From assembly GCA_963822965.1 (NCBI GenBank), contig CAWGJT010000013.1, positions 96,001 to 160,000 on the forward strand: DNA of 64,000 bases, in the 5' to 3' direction. Positions 38,181 through 48,221 of this stretch are shown in pieces. The position numbers and the translations under genes were made by a program. This stretch comes from an uncultured delta proteobacterium (GTDB lineage: Bacteria > Myxococcota_A > UBA9160 > UBA4427). The notes under the pieces are model-generated. The model saw only the letters and a program-made list of their open reading frames with translations, did no database searches and had not been told where the DNA came from. Within the stretch, counting starts at the first letter, position 1, and each line of letters starts with the position of its first letter.

Positions 38181-38384
38181 CTAGATCGGGCGCACCGACG
38201 TGGCTTCGGGTCCCTTGCGACCTTCTCCGGGCTCGTACTCGACCTTCTGGCCGTCTTCGAGGGTCCGGAAACCATCGCCTGCGATGTTCGAATAATGGAC
38301 GAAGAGGTCCTTGCTGCCGTCTTCCGGGGTGATGAACCCGTACCCCTTCTGGTCGCTGAACCACTTCACCGTGCCAACAGCCAT
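38181..38384 (-). CDS. Cold-shock protein (CspA family)
   Basis: GTVKWF, KGYGFI, DLFVHYS; AAGGAGG RBS. Confidence 0.96.
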   Translation of the reverse strand: MAVGTVKWFSDQKGYGFITPEDGSKDLFVHYSNIAGDGFRTLEDGQKVEYEPGEGRKGPEATSVRPI

Positions 38385-38639
38385 CTTTCCTCCTTGCGAT
38401 CCGTGCCGCACACCGAACTCCGGTGCCCGTCGCGGCTCCTTCTCCTCAGGAGGAGCTTGCCTGTCTGCCAGGTCCGGACTCGCGTCCAGGAGGTCTAGCG
38501 GGGGCGGGGAAGCACACCGGATTCCTGAGGCCGAGCGCCATCATACAGGAAGGCCCTGCCATTCAGACCAAGAAACAGCGCCCTGTCAGCACGCGCACGA
38601 CCGAGACGTAACCAAATGAAAACATTCATGTATTTCTGT

Positions 38640-40136
38640 CTAGCCGCCGAGCCCCGCGGTCACCTGGACCGCCGCGGACGCCTGGCGCGGATCGCTCGTG
38701 TAGCGCGACGCCAGCTCGGCCCGGCATTCCCGTCGCTCACAGAAGATGGTCGAGAGCACGTCCGCGGCGATCTGCGACGACCGTACCCACCAGAGATCGC
38801 TCTGCAGCTGCAGGACGGCCACGGCCACGCGCGGCGCCTCGGCGGGAGCCACTCCGACGAACCACTCGTAGCGTCCCGGAGGCTCGTCCCCCGAGAGGTT
38901 GCCCGTCTTGCCCGCGACACGAACGTCGCCGAGGCGCTGCCGCCCGCGTCGATCGCGGAACGCCGAGCGCGCGGTCCCGCGCGTGGTCGTGCGCACGAGC
39001 ATCTCGCGCAGCTCCTTGGCCACCGCGGGACGCATGATCCGCCGCGACGACCGTCGCGCAGGCAGGGGCAGGGAACGGCCGTTGACGTCGACCACGCGCT
39101 CCACCCACCAGGGCTCGACGAGCTCGCCCCGGGCCAGCGAGGCCGCCATCTGCGCGGCGTGCAGCGGGGTGATCCAGCAGCCCGCGAGCCCGCAGCCGAG
39201 GCGGCCGAGATCGTAGGCGTCGTCGCCGGCGGTAGCGCTGCCGGCCTCGTGCCCCGGCGCGGGCGAATCCAGCCAGCCGAAGCGCTCGATCTCCGCGAGC
39301 AGCGCCTCGCTGCCCACCGCGTTCACGGCGAGCTGCGCGAAGCACTGGTTGTTCGAGGTCGCCAGCGAACGCTCCAGATCCATCTCGTTGCCGCTGCGCG
39401 GCGGCTCGATGCGGGACGGCGTCAGGCGATACGGGCTACCCCGGTAGCGACAGCCCTGTCGTGCCTTCTCGGGCGCGTGGTCGAGGGCCGCCGCCGCCGT
39501 CACGATCTTGATGAGCGAGGCCGCCGGGTACCTGTGGGTGGCCGGGAACGAGTCGGGCGCGCTCGACACATAGGCGAGGATCCGCCCGGTGTCGGGCTCG
39601 AGCACGATCACGTGTCCGTGGGTGACCCGGCCCCGCCGCAGCAGCTCGAAGATCCGGCGGGTGAGCTCGACGTCCATCGAGTACTCGACCCGAAGCGGTC
39701 CGGCGAGGTCCGAGCGGAAGGCCGGCGGATCGACCCACTCGACCAGCCGCGCCGGGTCCCAGGGAGCCCCGGCCTCCGGGGCCGGATCACGCCGCAGGTG
39801 GGCGCTGGTCGCCCGGAATCGGTCGAAGGAGGCGGGTACGTGCTCGAACACGTCCGCCGGGGGCGGGCGCAGCCCGGGCGGATCCGGCGGACCGCTGCCG
39901 ACCGGCGCCACCACGCCGGGAGCCAGGTCGTCCGGCGCCGGTGCGGCCTTTGTGCTGCCGCGCAGCACCCGAGCGATGCCCCCGACCGGCCCGGGGAGAT
40001 CGACACCCCGCTCGGTGCGATCGAGCCAGTCCGAGCCCACCACGAAGCCGATGCCCGCTGCGGCGAGCCAGACGGCAAGAAAACGGCGATGCCGCCGAAA
40101 CGGCGCGCGCCACCCCCAGCGCGGTCCCCAGTTCAC
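38640..40136 (-). CDS. Penicillin-binding transpeptidase-domain protein
   Basis: N-terminal TM; ASLIK (SxxK), SNN (SxN), KTG. Confidence 0.85.
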   Translation of the reverse strand: MNWGPRWGWRAPFRRHRRFLAVWLAAAGIGFVVGSDWLDRTERGVDLPGPVGGIARVLRGSTKAAPAPDDLAPGVVAPVGSGPPDPPGLRPPPADVFEHVPASFDRFRATSAHLRRDPAPEAGAPWDPARLVEWVDPPAFRSDLAGPLRVEYSMDVELTRRIFELLRRGRVTHGHVIVLEPDTGRILAYVSSAPDSFPATHRYPAASLIKIVTAAAALDHAPEKARQGCRYRGSPYRLTPSRIEPPRSGNEMDLERSLATSNNQCFAQLAVNAVGSEALLAEIERFGWLDSPAPGHEAGSATAGDDAYDLGRLGCGLAGCWITPLHAAQMAASLARGELVEPWWVERVVDVNGRSLPLPARRSSRRIMRPAVAKELREMLVRTTTRGTARSAFRDRRGRQRLGDVRVAGKTGNLSGDEPPGRYEWFVGVAPAEAPRVAVAVLQLQSDLWWVRSSQIAADVLSTIFCERRECRAELASRYTSDPRQASAAVQVTAGLGG

Positions 40137-40350
40137 GCTCTCCCTCCACTCGTCTCTTCGGTCTCTCGACTCTCGTCTCTCGGCGTTCGTCGCGATGGCT
40201 GGGGGGTGGATCCGGGGGGGGGGGGCTCTGCTCGACCCGGCGACGGCGGCCTCCGCGAGCCCGCCGTCCGCCTGGCTTCTACTTCCTTTCCTCGTCCGTT
40301 CTTCCTTCTACTTCCTACCTGGTTCTTCCTACCTGCTTCCTACATCGAGT

Positions 40351-40917
40351 CTACAGGGCCACGACCGACAGGACCTGGGGCACCTCTTCCTTCAGGCGGG
40401 CTTCGATGCCCATCTTGAGCGTCATGGTCGAGCTCGGGCAGCCCGCGCAGGCGCCGCGAAGATAGACCTCGACGACGCCGTCGTGGAAGCCCGCGAAGGC
40501 GATCTCGCCGCCGTCCATGGCCACGTAGGGCTGCACGTCCTCCTCGATCACCTTGCGGATGCGAGAGACGATCTCGCCCTGCTCGCCCAGGTCCGGAGGC
40601 TCCCAGGCCGGCCCCAGCGAGGACTCGCCGGAGCCCGCCCACGCCTTGATGCCGGCGACGATGGGCTGGGCCAGGTCGGTCCACTCGCGCTCGGGCTGCT
40701 TGCTCACGGTGATGAAGTCCGGGCCGAGGAGGACGGACACGACGCCCTCCACCTCGAACAGGCGCGCCGCCAGCGGGGAGACCGCGCTCCCGGGTGCCTC
40801 GGCGAAGCTCACCGATCCCACGCCGCTGCCCGCTTCGACGACGGGCTGCCCGAGCACCCACTTCACGCTGTTGGGGTTCGGGGTGCGTTCGGCGTGCATG
40901 CGGAAACCGAGGCTCAT
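40351..40917 (-). CDS. NifU/Nfu family Fe-S carrier (Nfu_N + NifU-C)
   Basis: RTPNPNSVK, DFITVSK, DGGEI, GACAGCPSS..TLK.GIE. Confidence 0.92.
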   Translation of the reverse strand: MSLGFRMHAERTPNPNSVKWVLGQPVVEAGSGVGSVSFAEAPGSAVSPLAARLFEVEGVVSVLLGPDFITVSKQPEREWTDLAQPIVAGIKAWAGSGESSLGPAWEPPDLGEQGEIVSRIRKVIEEDVQPYVAMDGGEIAFAGFHDGVVEVYLRGACAGCPSSTMTLKMGIEARLKEEVPQVLSVVAL

Positions 40918-41038
40918 GGAGGATCCTGCGATTCGGGGGGGGGGGGAGACCGAGCCGCCGAGTCTAGCAGGCATGGCGGGCCCTGCGGGGCCCCCAGGAC
41001 CGGCACTCGAGCTTCCAGCCCCGGGAGGCCGGCGCAGC

Positions 41039-41821
41039 TCAGGCAAAGAGAATGCGCTCGAAGTCGGCGAGCGTGCACACCGTGTACCCGCGCTGGCGCG
41101 CCAGCTGCCGCTCGCGCTCGCCGTTGTAGCCCCAGGCGGCCAGCACGCCGTGGACGCCCATGCCGGCGACGTCGTCGAGGTGGTTGACCTTGTCGTCGAC
41201 GAAGACCATCTCGGGGAACGCGACCCCCAACCGCTCGTGCAGCCGCTCCAGGTGGCCGCGCTTGCTGCGCCCCGCCTCCTTGTCGAGCAATGTCTCGGGG
41301 GAGAAGAGATCCGCGATGCCGTAGAGCTGGAGCAGGCGCTCGACCGAGACGCGATCCTTCGCCGTCGCGATCGCGAGACGGACGCGGTCGGCGAGCCGTC
41401 GCACCGTGTCGACGAACTCCGGATAGGGACCGAGCAGCGAGGCCCACCGCCCGGGATCGCCCTCGCGAAGCGCGGCGCGCATCCCGTAGAAGCGCTCGTG
41501 GAACGTGCCCAGGAACGCATCGGACTCGGCGGCGAAGACCGCGTCGAAGGCGGCCTGGTCGGCCGCGTCCCGATCCCGAGCCACCAGGGAGAGGGCCACC
41601 GCGAAATCCTCGGCGCGGTTTCCCAGGGGCATCATGGCGACGAAGCGCCGATACGCCTGGTCGGACCGGATCTCGTCGGCGGACTGGCCCTCCGCCCGCG
41701 CCAGCAGATCCGCGATCTCCTCTCCTGGACGCAGGGCCGAGTACGTGCGCAGGGTCACCAGCCACGCCTCCGGCGCGCTGTCGGAGATCACCCCGTCGAA
41801 ATCGAGCGCCAGCAGCTCCAC
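41039..41821 (-). CDS. HAD-superfamily hydrolase
   Basis: LDFDGVISDS motif I, ATAK, FVDDK, LAAWGY. Confidence 0.85.
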   Translation of the reverse strand: MELLALDFDGVISDSAPEAWLVTLRTYSALRPGEEIADLLARAEGQSADEIRSDQAYRRFVAMMPLGNRAEDFAVALSLVARDRDAADQAAFDAVFAAESDAFLGTFHERFYGMRAALREGDPGRWASLLGPYPEFVDTVRRLADRVRLAIATAKDRVSVERLLQLYGIADLFSPETLLDKEAGRSKRGHLERLHERLGVAFPEMVFVDDKVNHLDDVAGMGVHGVLAAWGYNGERERQLARQRGYTVCTLADFERILFA

Positions 41822-42175
41822 GGCGCGAATCCTAGCAGGGCGCTGAAGAACCCCGGAGCGAGCGAGGGGCGTGAATCTCCGTCGAGATCCAGGCGCGGAA
41901 CCGCCGCCGCACGGGCGTACGGCAAGGTTTCGCAACGCCGAGATCGGCGGAGAGGGGCGTGCCTCGCGACGGGAGCGGGCTCTTCAGCATCCTGCTAGCC
42001 CCGATGCGTCATTCATCGAGCTACCGGCGTGTCTCGGATCCCGCCCGACCTTGCGGGCCGAGCGGAAGCGCCGCTCCGGCAGCGCCTGACGCCTTCCTCC
42101 GGCGCCTTCGCCCCGTGACGAACGCGTCACCGGGCGCGGCTCCGCCCGACCGGCACGCGGCGCTATGCTGCCCTC

Positions 42176-43303
42176 GTGGCGAAGCGCCGAATCTCCCTCT
42201 GGCGTCATCTGCTGCCGTGGCTCATCTCGGCGGCGGCGCTCGGCTACGTGTTCGGCTACGCGATCGACTGGGAGTCGCTTCCCGAGGCGACCGAGAACGC
42301 CAACGTCCCGCTCTTCATCCTCGTCATCGTGCTCGACAAGATCGGCTTCTTCCTCGCCTGGGCGTTCATCCAGGCCAAGTCCGTGCGCGACCTCGTCGAG
42401 CCGATCTCGGTGCGCTCGCTCATTTCGGTCAAGGGAGCGGCGGAGCTCCTGCGAACGGGCAGCAACCTGCTCTCCGACGGCGCCTTCCTGCTGGGCGTCT
42501 CGCAGATCGTCAAGGACCGCCTGGCCGCCGTCTTCGCCGTCATCGTGGTTCCCTTCGCGGTGTACTTCTTCGTCCTGCTGTGCCAGGCCACCCTGGTGCT
42601 GCCCTTCCTTCCCGGCGGACCGTCGGCGAATCTCGACGTCGCCTTCGCCGCCGGGATCGGTTGGCTGGCCGTGATCGCCTGCGTGGCGGCGGGCCGCATG
42701 GGCTACTGGGAACGCTTCCTGCGGCGCATCGGTCGCGAGTCCTGGATCGGACGCGCGACGCTGGCGCGACTGCTTCCCCTCTTCGGCTGCTTCGCGGCCT
42801 TCGCGGCCTTCGACGTCGCCATCCAGGGGCTCGCGTCGCGGGCGTTCGGCATCCCGATTCCGTGGATCGATCTGGCCGGGCGCATCCCGCTGCTCTACGT
42901 GGCCATCTCGCTGCCGTCCTTCGGCAACTTCGGCGTGCGGGAGATCGCCTGGTCGAGCCTGTTCGCCGAGTACGGCAGCCGCGAGGGGCTGATCGCGTAC
43001 GCGCTCTACACGAACGCCATCTTCGCCGGCATGCACGTCGTCGTCGGCTCGCTCTTCATCGGCCGGGCCCTGTCGCTGTGGCGGCAGCTCCGAGAGGAGC
43101 GGCTGATCGAGCTCGAGCGACTCCGGCTGCTGGAGGAGGATGCCGAAGCCGAGACGAGCGCGAGCCCGCGCCCGGAGATGGCCCGGATGGCCACACCCGG
43201 AGCCGGCCGCTCGGACAGGCCGGAGAAGCCGGAGCGAGCCGCCAGCGCCCCGGTTCGGGACGGCACCGCGGCACCCGTCCTCCCGGACGCCGCGGACGTC
43301 TAG
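42176..43303 (+). CDS. Lysylphosphatidylglycerol-synthase TM domain / flippase-like membrane protein
   Basis: Multiple TM helices; LPSFGNFGVRE motif. Confidence 0.7.
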   Translation: MAKRRISLWRHLLPWLISAAALGYVFGYAIDWESLPEATENANVPLFILVIVLDKIGFFLAWAFIQAKSVRDLVEPISVRSLISVKGAAELLRTGSNLLSDGAFLLGVSQIVKDRLAAVFAVIVVPFAVYFFVLLCQATLVLPFLPGGPSANLDVAFAAGIGWLAVIACVAAGRMGYWERFLRRIGRESWIGRATLARLLPLFGCFAAFAAFDVAIQGLASRAFGIPIPWIDLAGRIPLLYVAISLPSFGNFGVREIAWSSLFAEYGSREGLIAYALYTNAIFAGMHVVVGSLFIGRALSLWRQLREERLIELERLRLLEEDAEAETSASPRPEMARMATPGAGRSDRPEKPERAASAPVRDGTAAPVLPDAADV

Positions 43304-43890
43304 CGGCCGAAGCTCCGGGGGAGGCCCGCCGCATCCCGGACGCGATCGAGCAGCTCCAGGACGTCGGGATGGAGGTCGCCTCGGTTCATGCAGCGAGCAA
43401 TCCGCGCCGGCGAGAGCAGGGCGCCCCGCTCCCGGGCCAGCGCCGACCGGCTCGCCAGGAGCCGCTTGGCGTCCACGTCGCGCAGCCCCTCGTCGGAGCC
43501 CAGCGCGTGCAGGTCCCCCAGTACTCCCGCGAGCCGGGGGTCTTCGGCGGGCATCCGCAGGCAGCGGCGCATCGCGCCCGGAACCAGCAGGTAGCTCTCG
43601 ATGTGGCGGCGGGACCAGGTGAAGAACTCGAGGCCGTCGGGCGTGTCGTCGGCCACGTGGCGGGCATGGCCGTCCCGGTCGAGCACGCACAGACCGCGCC
43701 ACACGGGCTCCCCGCTGTCCGTCGCCTGGACCAGGGACCGGAAGTGCTCGACGGCTCGCGCCGGCCGGCGCCCGCCGAGGATCACGGAGCACCGCGAGAG
43801 CTTCTTCGACAGGGGCGCCGAGACGAGCCGCGCCCACGTCCTGAGGATGTCGCAGTCGCTCGGGCCCTCGACGTACAGCACGAATCGCAC
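43300..43890 (-). CDS. Stand-alone TOPRIM (OLD-like) domain protein; start could be as far up as 43995
   Basis: LYVEGPSD, LCVLDRD, RRHIESYLL. Confidence 0.7.
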   Translation of the reverse strand: MRFVLYVEGPSDCDILRTWARLVSAPLSKKLSRCSVILGGRRPARAVEHFRSLVQATDSGEPVWRGLCVLDRDGHARHVADDTPDGLEFFTWSRRHIESYLLVPGAMRRCLRMPAEDPRLAGVLGDLHALGSDEGLRDVDAKRLLASRSALARERGALLSPARIARCMNRGDLHPDVLELLDRVRDAAGLPRSFGR

Positions 43891-44251
43891 GGCAGCCGGC
43901 GCGCCTGCCTGCGAGCGAACGGTACCGTTCACCGAACTCACCGAGCCCGCAGCGAGAGAGTGGCGGGGGCTGGAAGACGACACCGATCCCCCCAAGAAGC
44001 CTCCAACGGATCGGCGCCCATGCTAGCCCTGCCGGTGGAGGCTGGCGAACCCGGGGGCTCGGGGCTCACGCGTCCCTCGGCCATGGCCGAGGCAACCGGC
44101 TTCGGCCACCGAGCAACCCGGCCTCGGCCACCGAGCAACCGGGGTTGGGCCGCCGAGGCGACTCCGGTTCGGCCAAGCGCCGGGGCCGGGTGGGCCCACG
44201 CGACCCGAAGTCGCAATGGTTTCCTCCGCGGCACAGAGTTAACCTAACCCT

Positions 44252-44893
44252 GTGATCTCCGTTCTCGTCGCAGACGACCATGGCATCGTGCGCGAAGGCC
44301 TTCGCCGACTCGTGGAGGCCGAGGCCGATCTCCAGGTCTCCGGCGAGGCGCGGGACGGCCGTGAGGTGCTTCAGCAGGTCGAGGAGCAGAAGCCGCAGGT
44401 GGTGGTTCTCGACATCTCGATGCCCCGGCTGGGCGGCCTCGAAACGCTGGAGCGGCTGCGCACCCTCCATCCCGATGTCAAGGTGATCCTGCTCTCGGTG
44501 CACGGGGACGCTCCCTTCATCCAGAGCGCGATCTCCCTCGGCGCCGACGGCTACGTGCTGAAGAACGGGCGGGCCGCCGAGATCGTCACCGCCATCCGCG
44601 CCGTCACGAAGGGGGGCAGCTACTTCAGCCCCGTGGTCGCGCGCGAGATCGTCGAGCAGCTCCGCACCCCCCAGGCCCGCAACCACGAGCCCTTCTCGGT
44701 GCTCTCGGCGCGGGAGCGCGAGGTGCTCCACCTCATCGCCGAAGGCATGTCGGCCAAGGAGGTGGCCCAGCAGCTCGCGATCAGCACCAAGACCGTCGAG
44801 GCCCACCGCACCAGCCTGATGCGAAAGCTCGGTGTGCGGAAGGCCACGGAGCTCGTGCGCTACGCGCTCCGCTACGGGCTGATCGAGCCCTGA
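44252..44893 (+). CDS. NarL/LuxR family response regulator
   Basis: VADDH, LDISMP, GYVLK, LSAREREVL...KTVEAHR. Confidence 0.95.
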   Translation: MISVLVADDHGIVREGLRRLVEAEADLQVSGEARDGREVLQQVEEQKPQVVVLDISMPRLGGLETLERLRTLHPDVKVILLSVHGDAPFIQSAISLGADGYVLKNGRAAEIVTAIRAVTKGGSYFSPVVAREIVEQLRTPQARNHEPFSVLSAREREVLHLIAEGMSAKEVAQQLAISTKTVEAHRTSLMRKLGVRKATELVRYALRYGLIEP

Positions 44894-44894
44894 C

Positions 44895-46067
44895 TCAGGG
44901 CTCGAGCGTCGCCAGCACTTCGACGTGCGGCGTCTGCGGGAAGAGGTCGAACGCCTCCACCGCGCGCACCCGGTAGCCGTCGTCACGGAGTCTTGCCAGG
45001 TCCCGGGCCAGGGTCGCCGGGTCGCACGATAGGTAGACGATCCGCGCGGGCGCGAGCTCCACCACGCACGCCAGCGCCGCTGGCGTCACACCGGTGCGCG
45101 GCGGATCGAGCAGCAGGACGTCGGGCCGCCGCAACCCGAACGCCGGCAGGACGCCCTCGACGGGTCCTTCGTGCACGTGCACGTTGTCGCAGCCCGCCTG
45201 TCCCAGGTTGAAGCGCAGATCCGCCACCGCGCCCGGATGCGACTCCACCGCCCACACCTGGTCGAAGCGGCGCGCGAGGGCCAGGGTGAAGAGGCCGGCA
45301 CCCGCATAGAGCTCGACAGCGCCGACCCCACCGCCGGGCTTGCACGCCTCGCGCGAGACGGCCGTGGCGAGGGACTCCAGCAGCAGCGCGTTCGCCTGGG
45401 CGAAGACGCCGTGCGAAACGCGCAGCCGGTCTTCCCCGAGACGAAGCTCGCTGGCGGCGCCGGGGGACCCCGCGGCTCCCCGCAGCCTTTCGGCGCGCGC
45501 GACGCCGTCCGAGCCCACCGCCAGCTCCCACTCGCTTCCCGGCTCCCGTCCGGCAGAGGCGCGCCGGGGCCGCGCCAGGACGGACTCGAGCTCCGGCCGC
45601 AGCACGGGGCACGCCTTCACGACGCACACCCGGTGGGAGCGCCGCATGCGGTAGCCCAGGTGGTCTCCCTCCTCGACGAGCCGGGCACGCGCGCGGTAGC
45701 CATAGGGCGCCGGCGAGGGGGTGATCGGCACGGGCTCGTCCACCTCGATGCGACCCAGCCGGCGCAGGGCATCCGCGACGATGGCCGCCTTCGCCTGGAG
45801 CTGGGTCGGATAGTCGACGTGCTGCCAGGTGCATCCGCCGCAGGTGCCGAAGACGTCGCAGCGCGGTACCACGCGATGCGGTGACGCCTCGAGCACCTCC
45901 AGCACCTCGCCTCGCGCGTGGCGCTTCCGCCGTTCGAGCAGCCGCACCCGCACCCGGTCTCCGGGAGCCGAGAGGGGCACGAAGACGACGCGGCCCTGGG
46001 CGTCGTGCGCCACCCCGTCGCCGCCTGCCGCGAGGCTCTCGACCCGGACGTCGATGGATTCGGACAC
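44895..46067 (-). CDS. TRAM-domain RNA (uracil-5)-methyltransferase, RlmD-like
   Basis: TRAM N-terminus, C...CGGC Fe-S motif, FAQAN, ELYAGAG, LDPPRTG, YLSCDP, DLFPQTPHVE. Confidence 0.92.
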   Translation of the reverse strand: MSESIDVRVESLAAGGDGVAHDAQGRVVFVPLSAPGDRVRVRLLERRKRHARGEVLEVLEASPHRVVPRCDVFGTCGGCTWQHVDYPTQLQAKAAIVADALRRLGRIEVDEPVPITPSPAPYGYRARARLVEEGDHLGYRMRRSHRVCVVKACPVLRPELESVLARPRRASAGREPGSEWELAVGSDGVARAERLRGAAGSPGAASELRLGEDRLRVSHGVFAQANALLLESLATAVSREACKPGGGVGAVELYAGAGLFTLALARRFDQVWAVESHPGAVADLRFNLGQAGCDNVHVHEGPVEGVLPAFGLRRPDVLLLDPPRTGVTPAALACVVELAPARIVYLSCDPATLARDLARLRDDGYRVRAVEAFDLFPQTPHVEVLATLEP

Positions 46068-46090
46068 GGGCTTTCCGCCGGCCCCGGCAG

Positions 46091-46537
46091 TCAGGGCGCA
46101 GCCGCGGCGCCGGTCGGCTCGAGCCGGACGGGCACCGCGCTCGCGAAGTCCGAGAGGCGACCCCAGAAGTCGTCGGCCAGGCCGTACTTCTCCCGCATGG
46201 CTTCGTTCACCCGCCTGCGCATCTCGGCGTCTTCGTCGGGCACCGCGCGTCGCCGCGACTCCCGACCGTCACGCAGGAGCGTCACCAGCGGGCGCGCGCG
46301 CAGCCGAGCCAGCCAGGCGGCGTCGGGCGAGCTCGCCCGCAGGTAGGTGCCGGCGGGCAGGTCCACGATCCACACCTCGGTGACGTGGTCCGCGCCGCGC
46401 GCGTCGACGGTGGTCAGCTGGACCACCTCCCCCTCGTCGATGAGACGCGCGCCGACGACGGTCGACGCCGCCACCGCACCGACGACGAGCATCACGATGC
46501 GAACCCGCCCGAGCAACAAGATCCGCAACCTCCCCAT
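46091..46537 (-). CDS. Hypothetical split-barrel-like (DUF2255/deazaflavin-type) protein
   Basis: EVWIV...YLRA...WLARL...AMREKYG pattern. Confidence 0.55.
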   Translation of the reverse strand: MGRLRILLLGRVRIVMLVVGAVAASTVVGARLIDEGEVVQLTTVDARGADHVTEVWIVDLPAGTYLRASSPDAAWLARLRARPLVTLLRDGRESRRRAVPDEDAEMRRRVNEAMREKYGLADDFWGRLSDFASAVPVRLEPTGAAAAP

Positions 46538-46635
46538 CCAGTGATCGCCCTGGAGGATTCGCGGGCATGCTAGCCCTGATCCGTCTACGGATCAGGGGTG
46601 GTGGCGGGGGCGCACGGGGGCCTTCGGGCGACGCC

Positions 46636-47925
46636 TCACTTCCCCTGGGAGCGGAGCGCCTCCCGGTCCGCTCCGTCCGCCAGCGGTCGCTCGGCCACAC
46701 GAATGCGGGTGATGCGACTCCCGGAGACGTCGGCGCAGGTGAGCTCGTAGGCCCCCACGGAGACCTTGTCGCCACGGCGCGGCGAGCGACCCAGCGTATT
46801 GAAGAAGAGACCTCCCATGGTGTCACCCTTCTCGGCAGGGAGCTCCCAGCCCGACTCGCGATTGAAGTCGAGGACGCTCACCCGACCGAGCACCTCGTAG
46901 CTCTTGTCCGGCAGCTTGCGCACGGTGAGCAGCTCCTCGAAGTCGAACTCGTCGCGGATCTCACCGACGATCTCCTCGAGGATGTCCTCCTGGGTGACGA
47001 GCCCCAGGGTGAGCCCGAACTCGTCCTTGACGAGGGCCATGTGGCAGAAGGAGCGCTGCATGTCCGTCAGCAGGCGCAGGATGGGCTTGCGCGCGGGAAC
47101 GCGCAGGATGGGCTTGAGGATGCTGTGGAGGTCGCCGCCGTTCGTGTTGACGAGCTTCACGAGGTCCTTCATGTGCACGATGCCCAGCACGTCGTCGATG
47201 CCCTCGTTGTAGACGGGCACGCGCGTGTAGCGCTCCTCGAGCAGCTTCTCGAGCAGGTCGGCGGGAGAAGAGTGGATCGGATAGGCGACGATCTCGGTGC
47301 GCTGCACCATGATCTCCGAGACGTCCATCTCGGCCGCGGCGGACGTGGCGCCGATGATGGCGAGGGGCGATCCCTGCTCCTCTCCCTCCCGCACCGTGCG
47401 AGCCAGGCGCAGGACGGCCTCCGACGACATGGCGTCGTCGCTGCCGCGGCCCCCCGTGACGCGCGCCACGAGCGGTTCGAGCACGCGGTCGAAGAGGGCG
47501 TGGACCGGCCGCAGGCACTGGTGGATGAGGTAGAGGGGCAGGCCCACCAGGCGCGACACGCCGAGGGGATGGCGCGCGGCCGCCGCCTTGGGGAGGACCT
47601 CGCAGAAGACGAGCACCAGGAAGGTCATCACGACCGTGGCGATCGTGATGCCCAGCTGCAGCCCGAAGAAGCGAATCGCAAGGGCCGAAGCCACCGACGC
47701 TCCCAGGATGTTCACGATGTTGTTGCCGAGCAGGATCGTCACCAGGAGTCGGGACGACGAAGACGTCAGGTCGCGCACGGCGACCCCCGACGGCCCGTTG
47801 CCCTTCTCGACCTCCTCCTCGAGGTCGTGACCCCGCAGCCGGAAGAGGGCGGTCTCGCTGCCCGAGAAGAAGGCGGACGCCGCGAGGCACACGACGATCA
47901 GGAGGAGGGAGCTGATGATCGACAC
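46636..47925 (-). CDS. Hemolysin/CNNM family transporter (DUF21-CBS-CorC_HlyC)
   Basis: SAFFSGSETA, LLGNNIVN, EVLPK, YTRVPVY, DEFG..LGLVTQEDILEEIVGEI.DEFD. Confidence 0.92.
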   Translation of the reverse strand: MSIISSLLLIVVCLAASAFFSGSETALFRLRGHDLEEEVEKGNGPSGVAVRDLTSSSSRLLVTILLGNNIVNILGASVASALAIRFFGLQLGITIATVVMTFLVLVFCEVLPKAAAARHPLGVSRLVGLPLYLIHQCLRPVHALFDRVLEPLVARVTGGRGSDDAMSSEAVLRLARTVREGEEQGSPLAIIGATSAAAEMDVSEIMVQRTEIVAYPIHSSPADLLEKLLEERYTRVPVYNEGIDDVLGIVHMKDLVKLVNTNGGDLHSILKPILRVPARKPILRLLTDMQRSFCHMALVKDEFGLTLGLVTQEDILEEIVGEIRDEFDFEELLTVRKLPDKSYEVLGRVSVLDFNRESGWELPAEKGDTMGGLFFNTLGRSPRRGDKVSVGAYELTCADVSGSRITRIRVAERPLADGADREALRSQGK

Positions 47926-48221
47926 AGGGGACTCCTACCGCGCGGTTCGGGACTCGCCGAAGCGAGGTCCCTTCCACGCGGAACGGGGAGAACGGTGGGG
48001 ACTGCGGTGCGCGGGAAACGGGGCGCGGCCCGGCTGTGGAACCCGCTCGTGCTCCCGCTCGCGGGGCGAGCCGGAGACGGGCGGGCACGCGGGGCTCGAG
48101 CTCACGCGGGACGAGGAGCCCGGGATCGAGCGGAAGGACGACCGCGCTGGGTACTTGCTGTGCATCGCTCGGGGGAACCTATCGCGGGTGATTCGGACCG
48201 GCAACGAGGCACCGTACCTCG

